A DNA stretch of 64,000 nt from Vicugna vicugna (lineage: Eukaryota), in NCBI GenBank assembly GCA_013265495.1, contig MU058337.1:746001-810000 (forward strand), in the 5' to 3' direction. The notes below the pieces were generated by a model. That model searched no databases. It saw nothing but the letters and a program-made list of their open reading frames with translations, and was not told the DNA's origin. The translations under genes and the position numbers were made by a program. This document shows, piece after piece, positions 37,821 through 50,500 of this stretch (positions are counted from its first letter, which is position 1; each line of letters begins with the position of its first letter).

Positions 37821-39439
37821 AGGCGTGGATTTCAGTGGTCACTTGCTTAACTGAGGCAGAATCGGGTCTAGGATTATGATCAACCAGAACATAAGCAACC
37901 TAGCAGGATGTAGGAAGAATGGTGACTCTCCAAGAATGTGAGATTGTGCCTTCTTTCTTACGAATAAAACAGAGCTGAAAGAGCCTCTATTTGGTGTAAT
38001 TTTGGCGAAGTGCTCATTGTTTGCTCTAAGTATATTGGGAAGTCATGTCCATGTTAAAGAAGCCTAATTACTTGGTCATTTTAACTAAATGTCAAATTAA
38101 TGAACATTTTGATAGGTGAGGTTTTATTGATGTGACATTTCTTCTAGAACCTTAAGAATGTCATATATTTCAAATAAGAGTAACCTACAGGAAACCATAA
38201 TGTTAACTTCAGCAGCAATTGCAAGGGTTTTTCAAACATGAGATTATGCAAGTAAAGTGTTTCTTGTAATTCTCAGAAGATAATAAATACTCTAAATATT
38301 AGCTTTAAAAATGTAGTTATATTCTCACTACAGTGCAATTCCCGAGAGTAGTGGCAACAGGCAGAGGCTACCAGCTGTAGTACTAGTCACGTGGTGTGAT
38401 TACTGACGATCGCCCAAGGCATGGTGACAAAAATAGTACTTATTTTGAAAACTGAAGTGCGTTGGTTACAGTGGGATTTCCTGCATGCTCTAAGACAGTT
38501 TTATGAGAAGATTTAGTAATGAGCGCCTAGCTTTTAAGGCCAGGGAGCACATCTTACCTTTAAACATTAGATGGTCTTTTCTCTCAGAACCACTTATGTC
38601 CTCATGTCACGTCTGTGTCATGGCTCTTCATTTACTAAATACCAATGTTGTTGAAGATTCATCTATTTGTATTTATGAGAACTGAGCCTCTTAAACCGTA
38701 TATAGTTAAATAAGGGTCACTGAATATTCAGTTTTAATTCACTGGCTTACTAGAGAACAATTCAGATTATTTAAGTGGAGGTTGATTTCATGGGTTATAC
38801 CCTTTCAGCTCTATTTATTAAGTGTGTCCCATATTTTGAATATGACAGGAATAGTAGTAAATCACTGGTAAACATGAATCTTTGAAATCCTAAAAAATGT
38901 GATGTAACCCTATCAGTGTATCCTAACTACTGTAAGATTAAAGTACAGTCTGAAAACTTGAACTGCTTAGTGCAAAACTATGACATTATTATCCATCTTT
39001 TTCATATGTTCTTTCCTGTTCTGGACAACCAGAATCATTATGAATATACGTATTATAGATTCCTGGAAGGTCTACAGTGGAACAGGGCTGCAGCTGAGAA
39101 AGGCTGAGGCTGGGAGTACTTTCGTGGCACCTTTAAGAGGTGTTCCCAACATCTGCTGATTGCAGGAAAGCAGTTCCCACAAAGGAGCCCAGTTTGTGTG
39201 TCTATAGCTTCGTGGTTGCCTTATCTTTTGGAGAAGCATTTAAAATCACTAAATTCTCCCCTATAAAGGAGGAGATTATATTAAATGATCTATATGTTCT
39301 CCTGATATAATTTAATTTGCTAATGCTTAATTTGTCCAAAGTATTAATTTAAATAACTAGATAGGCATATTTTGAGTGTTGATAATAAGCACAAAATACA
39401 TCAGTTATTCACATGCTGCTTATCATAGCTTGTATGTAG

Positions 39440-39552
39440 AGCACACACATATATACATATTATATATTGTATGTAAATGATATATAAATAATATACAATA
39501 TATAAATATATTTGTATAGTATATAGTTATATATATGTGTATATATGTATAT
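39440..39552. repeat. (TA)-rich low-complexity region
   Basis: Direct reading of the sequence. Confidence 0.85.
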
Positions 39553-40083
39553 GGAGATAACCTAGATAAATCTCTACAAGTTCACAGGCTTCAGGTCAAA
39601 AAGAGCATCAACAGTTTCAACACAGCACACCTAGCGCTGCATGCAGTGTGTTAGGGAAGTAGACAAGGAACAGACAGAAGGCAGAACAGTCAGGAGGGGT
39701 GCTGGGAGGCTCCTGTGAGGCAGTGTGGTACTTGTCGGAGCGTGGGGGAGAAGGAAGCATTAGGCTGGCCGCCAGGGTGGGGGAGGGGTTTCTAGACTGA
39801 GTTCACAACAGCAAGGACAAGCCACCTGCTATTTCTTAGGGCTGCTTCTCTTCTGTGATCACTTGTCCTGCTGCACGTGGTCATGTAGACATAGCTCTTC
39901 TATCTGGATTTTTTAAATATTATTTTGTTTTATTAATGGTCTCACTGAGTTTTAGACTTGATCAATAATTTCAATTTAATATAAGCATGTCTTTACCACT
40001 TTGTTAAAACCTGTGGCAATCCTAGATGGAATTGCTCTTATGTGGTGCCCAGTGTTGAAGCTTAGGCTGACCTATAGGGAGGG

Positions 40084-40310
40084 ACAGTATGTGTGGTTGG
40101 GTCAGGGATATGGAGCCTCCAGACTGCATTTTAAGACTGGTTCCACCATTGGCAGATCACACCTCAGTTACCTCATCTGTAAAATGGGGAGAGTGATGGT
40201 TGCTACTTCATAATGTGGCAGTAAGGATTAATTAAGCAAATCCATGTAAAATACTTTGCATATTAACTGGCCAATAGTAAACACATTATAGTCAAAGCTA
40301 TATTATTATT
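40084..40310 (+). mobile_element. MIR SINE, near full length
   Basis: acagtatgtgtggtt...cctcagttacctcatctgtaaaatgggga...ggattaattaag...catgtaaaatactt...gctatattattatt. Confidence 0.85.
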
Positions 40311-40629
40311 CATAAACTGTTAAAAATAAACTTGTTAAACCACAAATGTTATCTATTACAGACTCCCTTAAATTATGAAATTATTGAAACGTTTTTCTAC
40401 TAAGTATTGTAAAATGAAAAGGTGTTGGGTTCCATAGTAGAATTCCCCTCTCCTGGATTTCAGTTTCAATGCAACATTTCTCTTTAGGGATAAACACTAG
40501 AGCAACCCTTCCACCACTTCTGCCCTTTAAGTCACATAAATATTGTAGACCACACTATTATATATATAAGTTACTCTTCTGATGCCATAAAAGGTACAAT
40601 TTACAATGTACATGCTGTTTTTAAATTAT

Positions 40630-40850
40630 GATTATTATTAATGACTACCATTTATTGGACACTGTCCAAGTGTCAGGCACTGAGCAAAGAGCAAAGAGAT
40701 TTTTTAAAAAGATATATTTTATCATTTAATTTTCTTAACAAAACTGTGAGGTTGGTATTATTATCTCCACATGCAAAGGAGCCGAAGATGATAAGAAAGA
40801 TGAAGTGACTTGGTGAGAGGCACAGAGTTCATATTCAACTTGGGTTTAGA
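40630..40850 (-). mobile_element. MIR SINE
   Basis: ccatttattggacactgtccaagtgtcaggcactgag...aactgtgaggttggtattattatctccacatg...gaagtgacttg. Confidence 0.75.
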
Positions 40851-41122
40851 AAATCAGGCCTGCTCAATGCTTTTTTGCAAATCCTTCTCCCATATTTCCT
40901 CCTTATGCAAAAAAGTGGCAAATATATTAGGTACCAAGTTATACTGAGAGAAGTGCTACTTAGAAGAGAGAGATGCATATATATTTTATGTGTTGTATAT
41001 ATTTAAATATCTATCACATTAATTTTTTTCTTACATTAGTATTGATATGGTTGACAAAATTTCTATTTTTCACTAAAAGGTAATTTTAATTGTATACAGT
41101 GTCAGTGGGAGGTTTTTTAATC

Positions 41123-41150
41123 TTTTTTTTTTTTTTTTTTTTTTTTTTTT
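41123..41150. repeat. Poly(T)28 homopolymer
   Basis: Direct reading of the sequence. Confidence 0.95.
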
Positions 41151-41479
41151 AGTTTAACATTGGTCTTCAGAGTGTTTTTTTAGGCATAGCAGGGCTAGAT
41201 GGCCAAGCGGAAGAACGCTAGCCAAGAGGAACAGAGAGACCGAATACCGAAACAGTGAAACTTGCCTCGCAGCAAAGCGTTATTGACTTGTATTTGCAGT
41301 GTTCAAGGCTGCAGCTGGAGCCTTTTTGCCCCCTGGAAGTGCAAATCAAAAGGTCAGTGTAGACCATGAATGCACAAACGAATGTAGTATTTAGGAGTGC
41401 TGATCCTAGGGTAAACTGAAGTAATTCGCGTCATTATAATCTGGACACTTAACATTCATGAGGTCAATGACAAGAAGTG

Positions 41480-42730
41480 TGTGAGAGACGTTTCCAGGCA
41501 AACCCGCGTTGGCGCAGCTGAAAACCCCGCGAGTTCTGCTCGCACTTTCCGTTCTCACGCTGCTTGCGGCCCAGCGCGGCGGGCGTGCGTTCACAGCGCT
41601 GAGTCCCAGCGGCAGCCCTCCTGCTTGCAGAGGGCCGGGTGAATCACGGTGGCCTTCACGGCACGGGGGAGCTACAGGTATTACTGGGCTGTTGGCTGTA
41701 ACTCCCCAGGGAGAAGGAAGGCCCAGCGGCTCTGGCCATCTGTGGGGGACTCCAGAAAAGATGACGCTTCTTCTCGGGTGCTCGACCTGCAGACTGTGAA
41801 CGCTTCAGTGTCGAGGATGCGCCTGCTTTCATGTGCTGGACAGACGCCTGCAAGCACACGGTCCTTCCTTCCAGAAGGCTCTGTGCGGTGGGAAAGAAGC
41901 CACGCCTCGAGGCGCGCCGGCTGTGAGGGGGATCTGCAGCCGCAGAGCTGGGCGTGCTCCAGCGTGTTAGAACCTGCAGGGGAGAGAGCCGCGCACAGAA
42001 TCTGCCGCCTGCTCGGACGGGAGCGTGCTGCTGGGTGTTTTCCTCAGCCCACGAGGCCTTCGGACCTTGCCCTGCCCGCCTCCCTCCCTCCCCGCCACCC
42101 TCCCTGGGCAGCATCCCCACCCACCCCTTTGAGGGGGACTGCTTCAGCCGTCTTGGCCCACGGGCCTTCACAACAGGCTGCCCTCTGCCTGGAAACACAG
42201 CGTCACCACCCCGCCCGCCGCCCCACTATCTGCTCTAAGCCTTGCTCTTCTTCAGATCCCACGCTCCAACCTCTCTGCTTCAGGGAAGCCTTTCCTGGCC
42301 TCCTCCCTCCTTCTGAGGTAAGCAGGGCGTCCCTGCCGTATCCTCCCGTAGCCCATAGTTCCCGCGCCCTGCAGTCACAGCGACCCACGACGGTGTTGCC
42401 ACAGCAGGAATTTATCCCTTCTCTTCTGGAAGCCAGAGGGTGGAAATCACGGTGTCGGCACGACTGGCTCTGCAGGCTGTTCCTTGTCTCTCTCCTCTGA
42501 CTTCCGGTGCTGCTGGCACGACTCGCATTCCTTGGCTTGTAGAGGTGCCGCTCACATCTCTCGGTCTGTCATCGCGCAGCGTCCTCCCGCGTCTCCTCGC
42601 GCCTTCGCCCTTCCGTGCGATCCTGCGTCTGCATCTCTTCCCTTCTTAGAAGACCAGCTGCAGTGGAGCAGGTCCGCACTGCTGGCCTCGTCTTAGCCCG
42701 ACTACGTCTGCCAAGGTCCTACTTCCACGC
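41480..42730. other. ~1.2 kb CpG/GC-rich domain overlapping ancient repeats
   Basis: High CpG density that continues through L2 and MLT1 relics. Confidence 0.7.
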
Positions 42731-43000
42731 TAGGGCACACTCACAGGCCCTGGAGGGACAGAACTTCAACCCACCCTTTGGGGGGACACAATTCGACCCA
42801 TGATACACAGCAGCCTGTATTTTCCCTTTACGGTATCCAGCGCAGTCTGCCACTGTACGCTTATTATGTGACTGTTAATTGTTCCAAGTCTGTCCGCTAG
42901 AGTGGACCCACAGTGGACACGCTTCAGCTCTGACTCCATGAGGCCCCACACACAGTGACTGGCACACAGTTGCTGCTCAAGAATTTTTATGAATGAATCT
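42160..43000 (+). mobile_element. L2 3' region interrupted by an MLT1 LTR
   Basis: cttcagggaagcctttcctg lies before the LTR; acagtgactggcacacagttgctgctcaagaatttttatgaatgaat (L2 terminus) lies after it. Confidence 0.65.
42352..42807 (-). mobile_element. ERVL-MaLR solo LTR, MLT1B/C-like, unusually CpG-rich
   Basis: caggaatttatccc...ttctggaagccagag...aatcacggtgtcggca; cattccttggcttgtaga; terminal tttgggggacacaattcgacccatgataca. Confidence 0.85.
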
Positions 43001-45074
43001 CTTTTCTCCTCCTCTCCTCGTGTTCACAGGGTTCCCCATCTTCCTCCTCCAAAGCAGGTGTCAATAACAGGCTCCCCTGTGGGTCTGAGGGAGAACAAAG
43101 CTTCTACGTCGAGGTAGTTGTAGAAGCAGATTTCCTACAGTGGTCACTGCAGCTGAGGCCCGTGTTGACACTGTGGCCAGTTTGACCAAAATCCATACTG
43201 TTAGGCCCTCGGTTTGTCTCAGTTTAGCAGCAAAAGGGTTTAAAAGAAACTGGGATTCTGCCTCTGGAAATTGCTCATGCTTCTGTTTTGCCTTTGAGAC
43301 ATTTCTGTTTATTATAGTGGAAAAATTTTGAGGAAAATTGCTGTTTTTCTTCATTTTGGGTAGTTAAGACATCTATTCTCATTTGCAGCTAGACTCATTT
43401 GAGGTAAAGTCTCTGAACTGGGAATACAGAGTGTATTAAAGTAGCATCGTGAGCGCCAAGCCTTTCTAACTAAGGATTTGGAAAAATCAAATCCTTTAGC
43501 TGTCCCAGAAAATCTATTTGAAGATTCGAGACCACTTATCTAAAAGCTGGTGTCAGCCCACCAACTGTATGTTAATGAGTTGTTGTTAGACAGTTTACAT
43601 AGAGTGAGTTTTCATAATTCAGCTTGCTGTCCGTGTAGCTTGCTGTTGTCATGTTTGCACATTTGATTGTCTGAATAATTCTAGCAGAAGGCTGCATTCT
43701 GATATATTTGAGTATCGAGGTACTTTGGGATTTTTTTTTACTTTTAGATTATTCCCTGACTGGAAATACTACCTACTGTTAGATTTAAAAAAAAAAAAAC
43801 AAGACACTTTTGGACGTATGTAATGACAATAAAAATACTTTATCATTCATAGATATGTTGATACTTTAAATTGTCACTATATTTCCATGATTTCACTTCT
43901 CATTTTCTTTGCAACTCTGAGATGCTATTCCAGTTGAGAATCCTAAAACTTAGTGTGTGTATATATATAAACACATAAAATATTTTTTTTATTTAGGGAG
44001 CTATCTGGTGAGCAAAGATCTCTGATAGTTGACTATATTATACGTGCCTTTTCATGTCAAAGTTTCAGGGCACACCTGGGTCATTTTTCCCAGGAATAGG
44101 CCTGCAGAGCTTCTTAGTAATTACACTTGAATTCGTGACACATGGTTTTTATTTTGTGGTTGTTGCTATTTTAAATAAAGTGAGCTGAGATGGAATCATA
44201 ACATATAATGTGGCATTAGTTTCAGATTTTAATGCTAAATGTACCTTGAGTTTCATTGATTTCAATTTGGTATCTGATATTAGGAACTATGTATTCTGAA
44301 TTTAAGAATAGAATTTGCCCTGAGAAATAACAAAGTACACTAGCTTGGTGATAGCCCTGTCACATGTGAATACTATGGCTAAATAATAACTAAATATATT
44401 TCTAGTGTGCAGTTCACTTTAACAAAAGATAATAATTTGTCTTTTAAATTAATCTTCAGGCAGTCTGTTAAATAGTTATTGATCAGAGAATATGTGAATA
44501 TGTGGGGTGATTTGATAGCTGTAACTGGGTGAGTTGTCACAGCTCTTTAGAAAACAGAGGTGAGAAACTTAATAATAATGTTTACCAAGGTGGCAAGGAG
44601 ACCAGTAATTACTAAGAATTGTGATGAAAAAGGGGATTATGAGAGAAGAAGGGATTAATAGAGTTCATATAAATTATCATGGACTATAGCTATGTGAATG
44701 CCATGGCTTCTAATGTTTTCTAAACATGAATTAAAATGATAAATGATAGCATCATTTTAATAAACCAAAATTACAATATTAGCACATTTTCCAAAAAAAA
44801 ATTAAGCTAATAATCTGACTTTAATTTTTAATTTTTTGAAAAGCCATGCAGAATTATCCATTTATATTCTAACAGTATGTCTAGAATAACATGTTTTGCT
44901 TTAATTTTATTTTCAATTAATGTGATATATTGATGAAAATCTATAGCCTTGGACTTAGTACTAAACCACATGTAAAACAAATAAATCAACTTGATTGAGT
45001 GGAAATGATGACAATAAAGTTTATTTCTTTTCAAAAGTGAAAATACTTTTTGACCAAATCTAATTCAACTAATA

Positions 45075-45948
45075 TTTCTTTAAGAAACTAGCTTTATAGC
45101 TATATAATTCATGTCCCATACAATCCACCCATTTAGAGTGTACAATTCGCTGGACTGTGGCATATTCACAGATATGTGCAGTCATAACCACAGTTAATTT
45201 TAGCACATTTTCATCACCACAAAGGGAAATCCATGCCCTTTGTCGTAACATTTCAAACGACTCCATTCATCCCTAAGTAGCAATTAAGTTACTTTCTGTG
45301 TCCATAGATTTGTCTATTCTCGACATTTTATATAAATTGAACTATAAAACACATGGGCTTTGTGACTGGCTTCTTTTTCTTAGAGTAATGTTTTCAAGGT
45401 TCCCCTATATTATTATTTGTATCAATACTTTATATTTTCACTGCTGAATAATATTCCATTATATGGATAAAGGACAATTTATTTTTCCATTTGGCTTTTG
45501 ATGGACATTTGGGTTGTTTCCATCTTTTGGCTGCTGTAAATGGTACTGCTATGAATGTTTGTGTACAAGTTTTTGTCGGCACCTTTTTTTTTTTTAATTC
45601 CTTAGCATAGATGTCTACGAAAAGAATTGCTGGTGGATATGATAACTATGTTTAAGCAGCTGAGGAACCATGAAACTGTTTTCCCAGGTGCCTGTGCCAT
45701 TTTACACTCCCAGCAGCGGTGCATGGGATTCTGCTTTCTCCGCAGCCTCACCAACAGTTATCACCTGGCTTTTTAATTCTTCTAACCATCCAGGGAGCAC
45801 GAGGTACGTCTCCTGGTGGGTTTGATTTGCAGATCCCCAATCATATAATGGCGAGCATCTTTTTATTGACTCATTGGCTATTTGTTTGTATAAATTTCTT
45901 GGAAGAAATGTCTATTCAGATCCTTTGCACGTTTATTAATTGGGTTAA
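45075..45948 (-). mobile_element. L1MB-type 3' end
   Basis: catacaatccacccatttagagtgtacaattc; tttgtgactggcttcttt; ctgaataatattccattatatggata; gatggacatttgggttgtttcca; gaaatgtctattcagatcctttgc. Confidence 0.9.
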
Positions 45949-46094
45949 TACAACGTACTTCTAACTTTAGTGATTTTAACTCTTCCCCATAACTTCAAAT
46001 CTCAATAACAAGACTTTTTCTATCAAAAGAAGCAAAGAAAACTGCCCTTCATTTTGCTTCCTCTTCTTGGATTCCTCTTTGTCTTGCAGCCTCC

Positions 46095-46875
46095 ATGTGT
46101 GCACTTGTGTTCTCGTCCTCAGGTCTCAATTCACGTCACCTCCACAGAGAAGCTTGCCTTGATTCCTCCAAACTGGCTTGGGTCGCCCCATCATACACTT
46201 CCATGGAAGGGTGTGCTTGTCTTCGAGGAACTGGACTGGCTGATAATCACTGACACTGTTGGTCAGGTGTGTCTCCAGCCGCTCTGCCTGCACTTTCTAT
46301 TTCAACCCTCATCTGACTAAGGAACTTGCCCAAGAACTCATATCTATCAAGTGAGTGACCTAGGAGTCGAGCCCTGAGACCCGATTCCAGAGCTAATCCT
46401 CTTAACCTCTACTGGCCCATCATGCTCATTTTTACCAGATTTAATTCTTGTATGTATCAGCTTAATGTAACCCTTGAACTCGGTTCGTGGGTCACGAGGG
46501 TAGACACCAGGGCTCTGCTCCCCGTGCTGTCCCTGAACCCTGGTGCAGTCCAGGTACTGGCTGTGCCTTCTGTTCCAGACTGCAGACTTCCCTGCGCCCC
46601 TCACTGTACTTGCCTGGCTCACTCTTGTTCATCTTTCAGGACACAGGTCAGGCAGACTCTTCTCTGAGGGGCTGATCCTCCAAAACCAGATCTTGTGCCC
46701 TTGGGAGTTTGTAGGAAAACACACATGCTTCTCAAATCCATACTGTTCCTCACGCTGTGTTTTAACTGGCTTCATCTGGCTCACACAATAAGCTCCTTGG
46801 GAGCAGACACTACAAAGAGGAGTAAACTCTATTCTGCAGCACATCCCACAGTGCATGTTTGTTGATTGAATGAAC
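46095..46875 (+). mobile_element. L2 fragments
   Basis: ctcaggtctcaattcacgtcacctccacagagaagctt; cctggctcactcttgttcatctttcagg; terminal tttgttgattgaatgaa. Confidence 0.55.
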
Positions 46876-49800
46876 AGACTTGCCTGGACTCTATATATCT
46901 CAGTCATGGTGTAGCTGTGTGTCCACTAATATCTGTGACTGAATTCAAGTAGATATTTGCAATTTAGCTATACAGAATTAATAAACCAACATGAAATACA
47001 CCTTAAAAATCAGGCTTTCTGGGTTGTGAATAATATACCAGTTGCTAATTCAGTAGGGTTCCTAATCCATCTCCATGCCTGGTGGCAAAATTCCAGACAT
47101 TACAATCATAAAGGTGACAGGTAAGACTTTCTTCTCATTCTCATGGGAGGAGAGATTGAGCTCATGCCGTTTATGCTGCCTGATCCCAAAAGTTTGGTAA
47201 ATGACATCAGCTTGGTGGCACAGGGCCATCCCCAAACTCTGCCTTCACATTAATTTGAATTTTTTTGTTCCTTCTTCATTCAAGCGTGTATATGTGCCAA
47301 GGATAAAAAGCACTTGATACATAGAAAAGAATTTTATAGCCACTTTTCTGGAGCTTCTTTATTCTTAGTTATCAAGGGCTCTTTCTGATTTCTTGATGAG
47401 GCAGAAGGAACGTGGCAGGCTGGGCACACACTTAGTTCTTTGAGTGCCGCTGCCTTAAAATCTCGCTGCGGCAGGGCAGTCGTCCGGGGATGGAGGGTCT
47501 GTGAATGAGCGTAGCAGGGTCCACTTCTTTTCTTCATCCTGGGAAAATATTTCACACTTTCCCTTTCTTTATCTATTGTTCCGTATCTATACTGGAAGGT
47601 TTTCATGTTACTTAAAGGCTGATGGCTGGAATTTGGAGACATTGTCTAAAGAACTCTTCACTATCAGGCCATTCATGTTAATAAGATCACCTAGTCTTTA
47701 TGTGTAACATTCACATCTATTGCTTCAAATTGTATATGCATACCCTGAAATGACCATGTGTAGTGCACAGTGCAGTTTTAAAGCTATATGTAATGAAAAT
47801 GCAGGGTTTTGGTGTAGTTGAGAGGATAAATCTTGTCCTCTCTCTCTCTCTGCCAAGACATTAGTCTTTCAGATGTCTTGAGTTTGGAATTAAAGCTATT
47901 CCTTTCTTCTGCTTAAATGCTCCCTTTGCTCTAGAAAATGAAGGAGGAGAAAGGGTACTTCTGCCGATGCAGGCACACTAAATTAATTTCCTGAAGCCAT
48001 AACAGAGTAATAGGACAAAGGACCATCTGAGCTGTGGCAGCCTCTTCCTGAGCAAGGCGAGAATCACAGCTCCAGGAACGAGCCTCGTCTCTGAAATAAC
48101 AAGGTCTTCTTCAAATAGGCTCATCAAGATCCTAGCGTTTTATTCTTTGACAGTTGAATAATTAATTGCAATACATTTGTAAGATTATTAAAAGCTTTGA
48201 ATTGGGTAGAGAAAAATAAGGAGCATAAATCTTGCTTTTCATTTTTTGTTTATTGTAAGTGGCTGTCATGGCTGTTTTTAATTTATTTAATATTCCTGTT
48301 AATAACAACTCTAATTAAGAAATCCATTAGAAGTCTGTAAAGTTAATTTAACAGGGGGAAATCCTAATGGAGTGTTATTGGAATTGTCTTTATAAGAAGA
48401 ATGCCGCAAGCTCTCGTGGATTCTTAATCAGAATCGCCTATCATCTCAATAAGTCCATGTATTCAGGCTTGAATATTTTTAGATTTCTGTTATTGAGCTT
48501 CTCTCAGAGCATTTCTGGTTTCTGATGTGTATGTCAAGTAGCTGTATCTCTCAGTCATTAGTGGTTACTATGTTGTCAGGAATTTGGAAATTAGATGACT
48601 TTAGTTCATACAAAATCTTCTGAATGTAGAAGATTAAATGATTTTTACCGCTAATGAATTCAGCATCTCAAAATTCAGTGACCAGCAGTCCCTGTGGAAG
48701 CTGACGCCAGAGCTTGCAGTCAATCGTGCATTACAAAAGCAATCGTTCACTTCTCTAGAATGGTCTGCGTCTTCTCCCTCCAGGTCAGCGTGGGTACACA
48801 CGTATGAAATATTCACTTTAGGAAACTGAGGATGCAGCTTTACCATACATGAAGCTGTCTTTCGATCATGAGAGAGAAATTAGAATTTCAAACGATATTT
48901 GTGTAGAAGTATACTGAAAAGTGGTTAAATCAAAATTCAGAGGCAGTTTCTTTAGATTTGCCAAACTTTTTTTTTTTTGCCAACATTTTTAATATGTTAG
49001 GTCTTTCCAGCTGTAGCAGAGGCTGAGGAGTTTGGACTGTTTTCCCTTTCAGTGGGTGAGAGCCTTCCTGTGAGGGACAGGAGTGCGTGTGAAATCTAGC
49101 CCCTGCTGTACTTGAGGACAAGGCTCTTCTTGCCAACTCAGGTAGAAAGAGCTTCCTCCACCGCAGCAAAGAATGGCTCAGCGCTATTATCCTGGTGGGA
49201 ATTGCCCACAGAACAGAACACTTTCAGACTTTGCCTCTGATTATTACTATGTAGCCTAGGAACACTTTAAATTCTCATTGGGCCAACAAAATCTGGTGAC
49301 TATCTGATTTTGTTTTCCCTGCATTTTCCTGGGTTTTAATGGTATTTTAAGCGACTTTGAATTAACCAGAACAACCCTCATAATGATGCCGTCATTAGGA
49401 ACTTAAAAAAAGACAGACTTTGTAAGTTTGTGCATGCCAGTAACGCAGAGCAAAACCAGTACATCGTGCTAGTTGAGAACAGCTGCTTTGAAGTTCGAAC
49501 TTGGTTTGGTCTCAGCTTCACCAGTTGTGTGAACACAAACTCATAACCTCTGCGGTTATAAACACACATGCGGTGTGACTGAGAACATGTCAAGGAGCCG
49601 TTTTCAATCAACAGATGGTTCAGGTAATGTCAACGGTTACTCCATTAACTCCATATGAAATCTTTTGTGTATTCTATCCTGTTCCAGAATACTAATGTGT
49701 TGTGTTATGATAGTCATTAGGTAAACATGTCTGATTTCTCCCTGCTTTACAGATGAAGAAACAGTTTAAGAAAGTTAAGTTGAACTGAGCAAACATTCAT

Positions 49801-50089
49801 TGAGTGTCAGCCTCTTTTCAGAGTACTTAGGTGCTTCAGGAGGTGCAGAGATAAGCACAGGGAATTACCTGATGAAGTGTACAGCAAAGTAGGGGAACGA
49901 TCGAATAGCCAAACTCTAGCGATGAAGTAAAAACAAGATGTCCATGTCTGTTTTGTTTACCAGTGTATTCAGACCTGGGGTTTAGCAAAATGCCCTAAAT
50001 GGCATAAACACTTATGACATGTTTCTGTGCAAAACAAATGGATGTGAATATAATAATAGGTGCTTTACTTATTAATTCAGTGATTTTAT

Positions 50090-50500
50090 ATTATTATCTA
50101 AGAGCCTACCTGTGTTGACCATTCATACTATTCCAAGTGCAATGCTAGACCTTTCATAAATTGAATCTGTTGTAATTAGTACAGTGATCTTGTGGAATAG
50201 ATATCATCCCCTTACTGATAAGTAAACGGTGGCTTACAGAGTTTAAGCTTTTTTGTTCCAGTTCTCAAGTGAAATCAGGACTTTAACTGAGATCTGACTC
50301 CAACAACCTATTCTTGAAATACACTGTCAAATACTAGGGGATGTGTCTGTGATCATGTAGTCAGAATCCCAGACAGATCCTTTGCTAACTTGCTTCCTTG
50401 GAAAGTAATTTAACTGAGCTCCAGTGGCTTTAACATGAGGAAAACAATATTTGTATTTCCCAGGGGTATGCAGATTAAATGCTTTGCTTGTGAAAATGTT
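50090..50500. mobile_element. Two divergent MIR fragments (minus, then plus)
   Basis: atcatccccttactgataagtaaacggtggcttacagagtttaag (minus); ccttggaaagtaatttaactgagctccag...ggggtatgcagattaaatg (plus). Confidence 0.5.

Noticed and set aside
41123..41400. Poly(T)28 as the tail of a minus-strand processed pseudogene
   Set aside because: No nearby poly(A) signal on that strand, no TSD and no recognisable mRNA or repeat body.
41649..42500. 283-aa ORF (and overlapping 180-aa antisense ORF)
   Set aside because: Non-ATG start, low-complexity P/A/R/S composition and no recognisable domain. It runs through L2 and MLT1 relics. Long ORFs are expected in GC-rich DNA.
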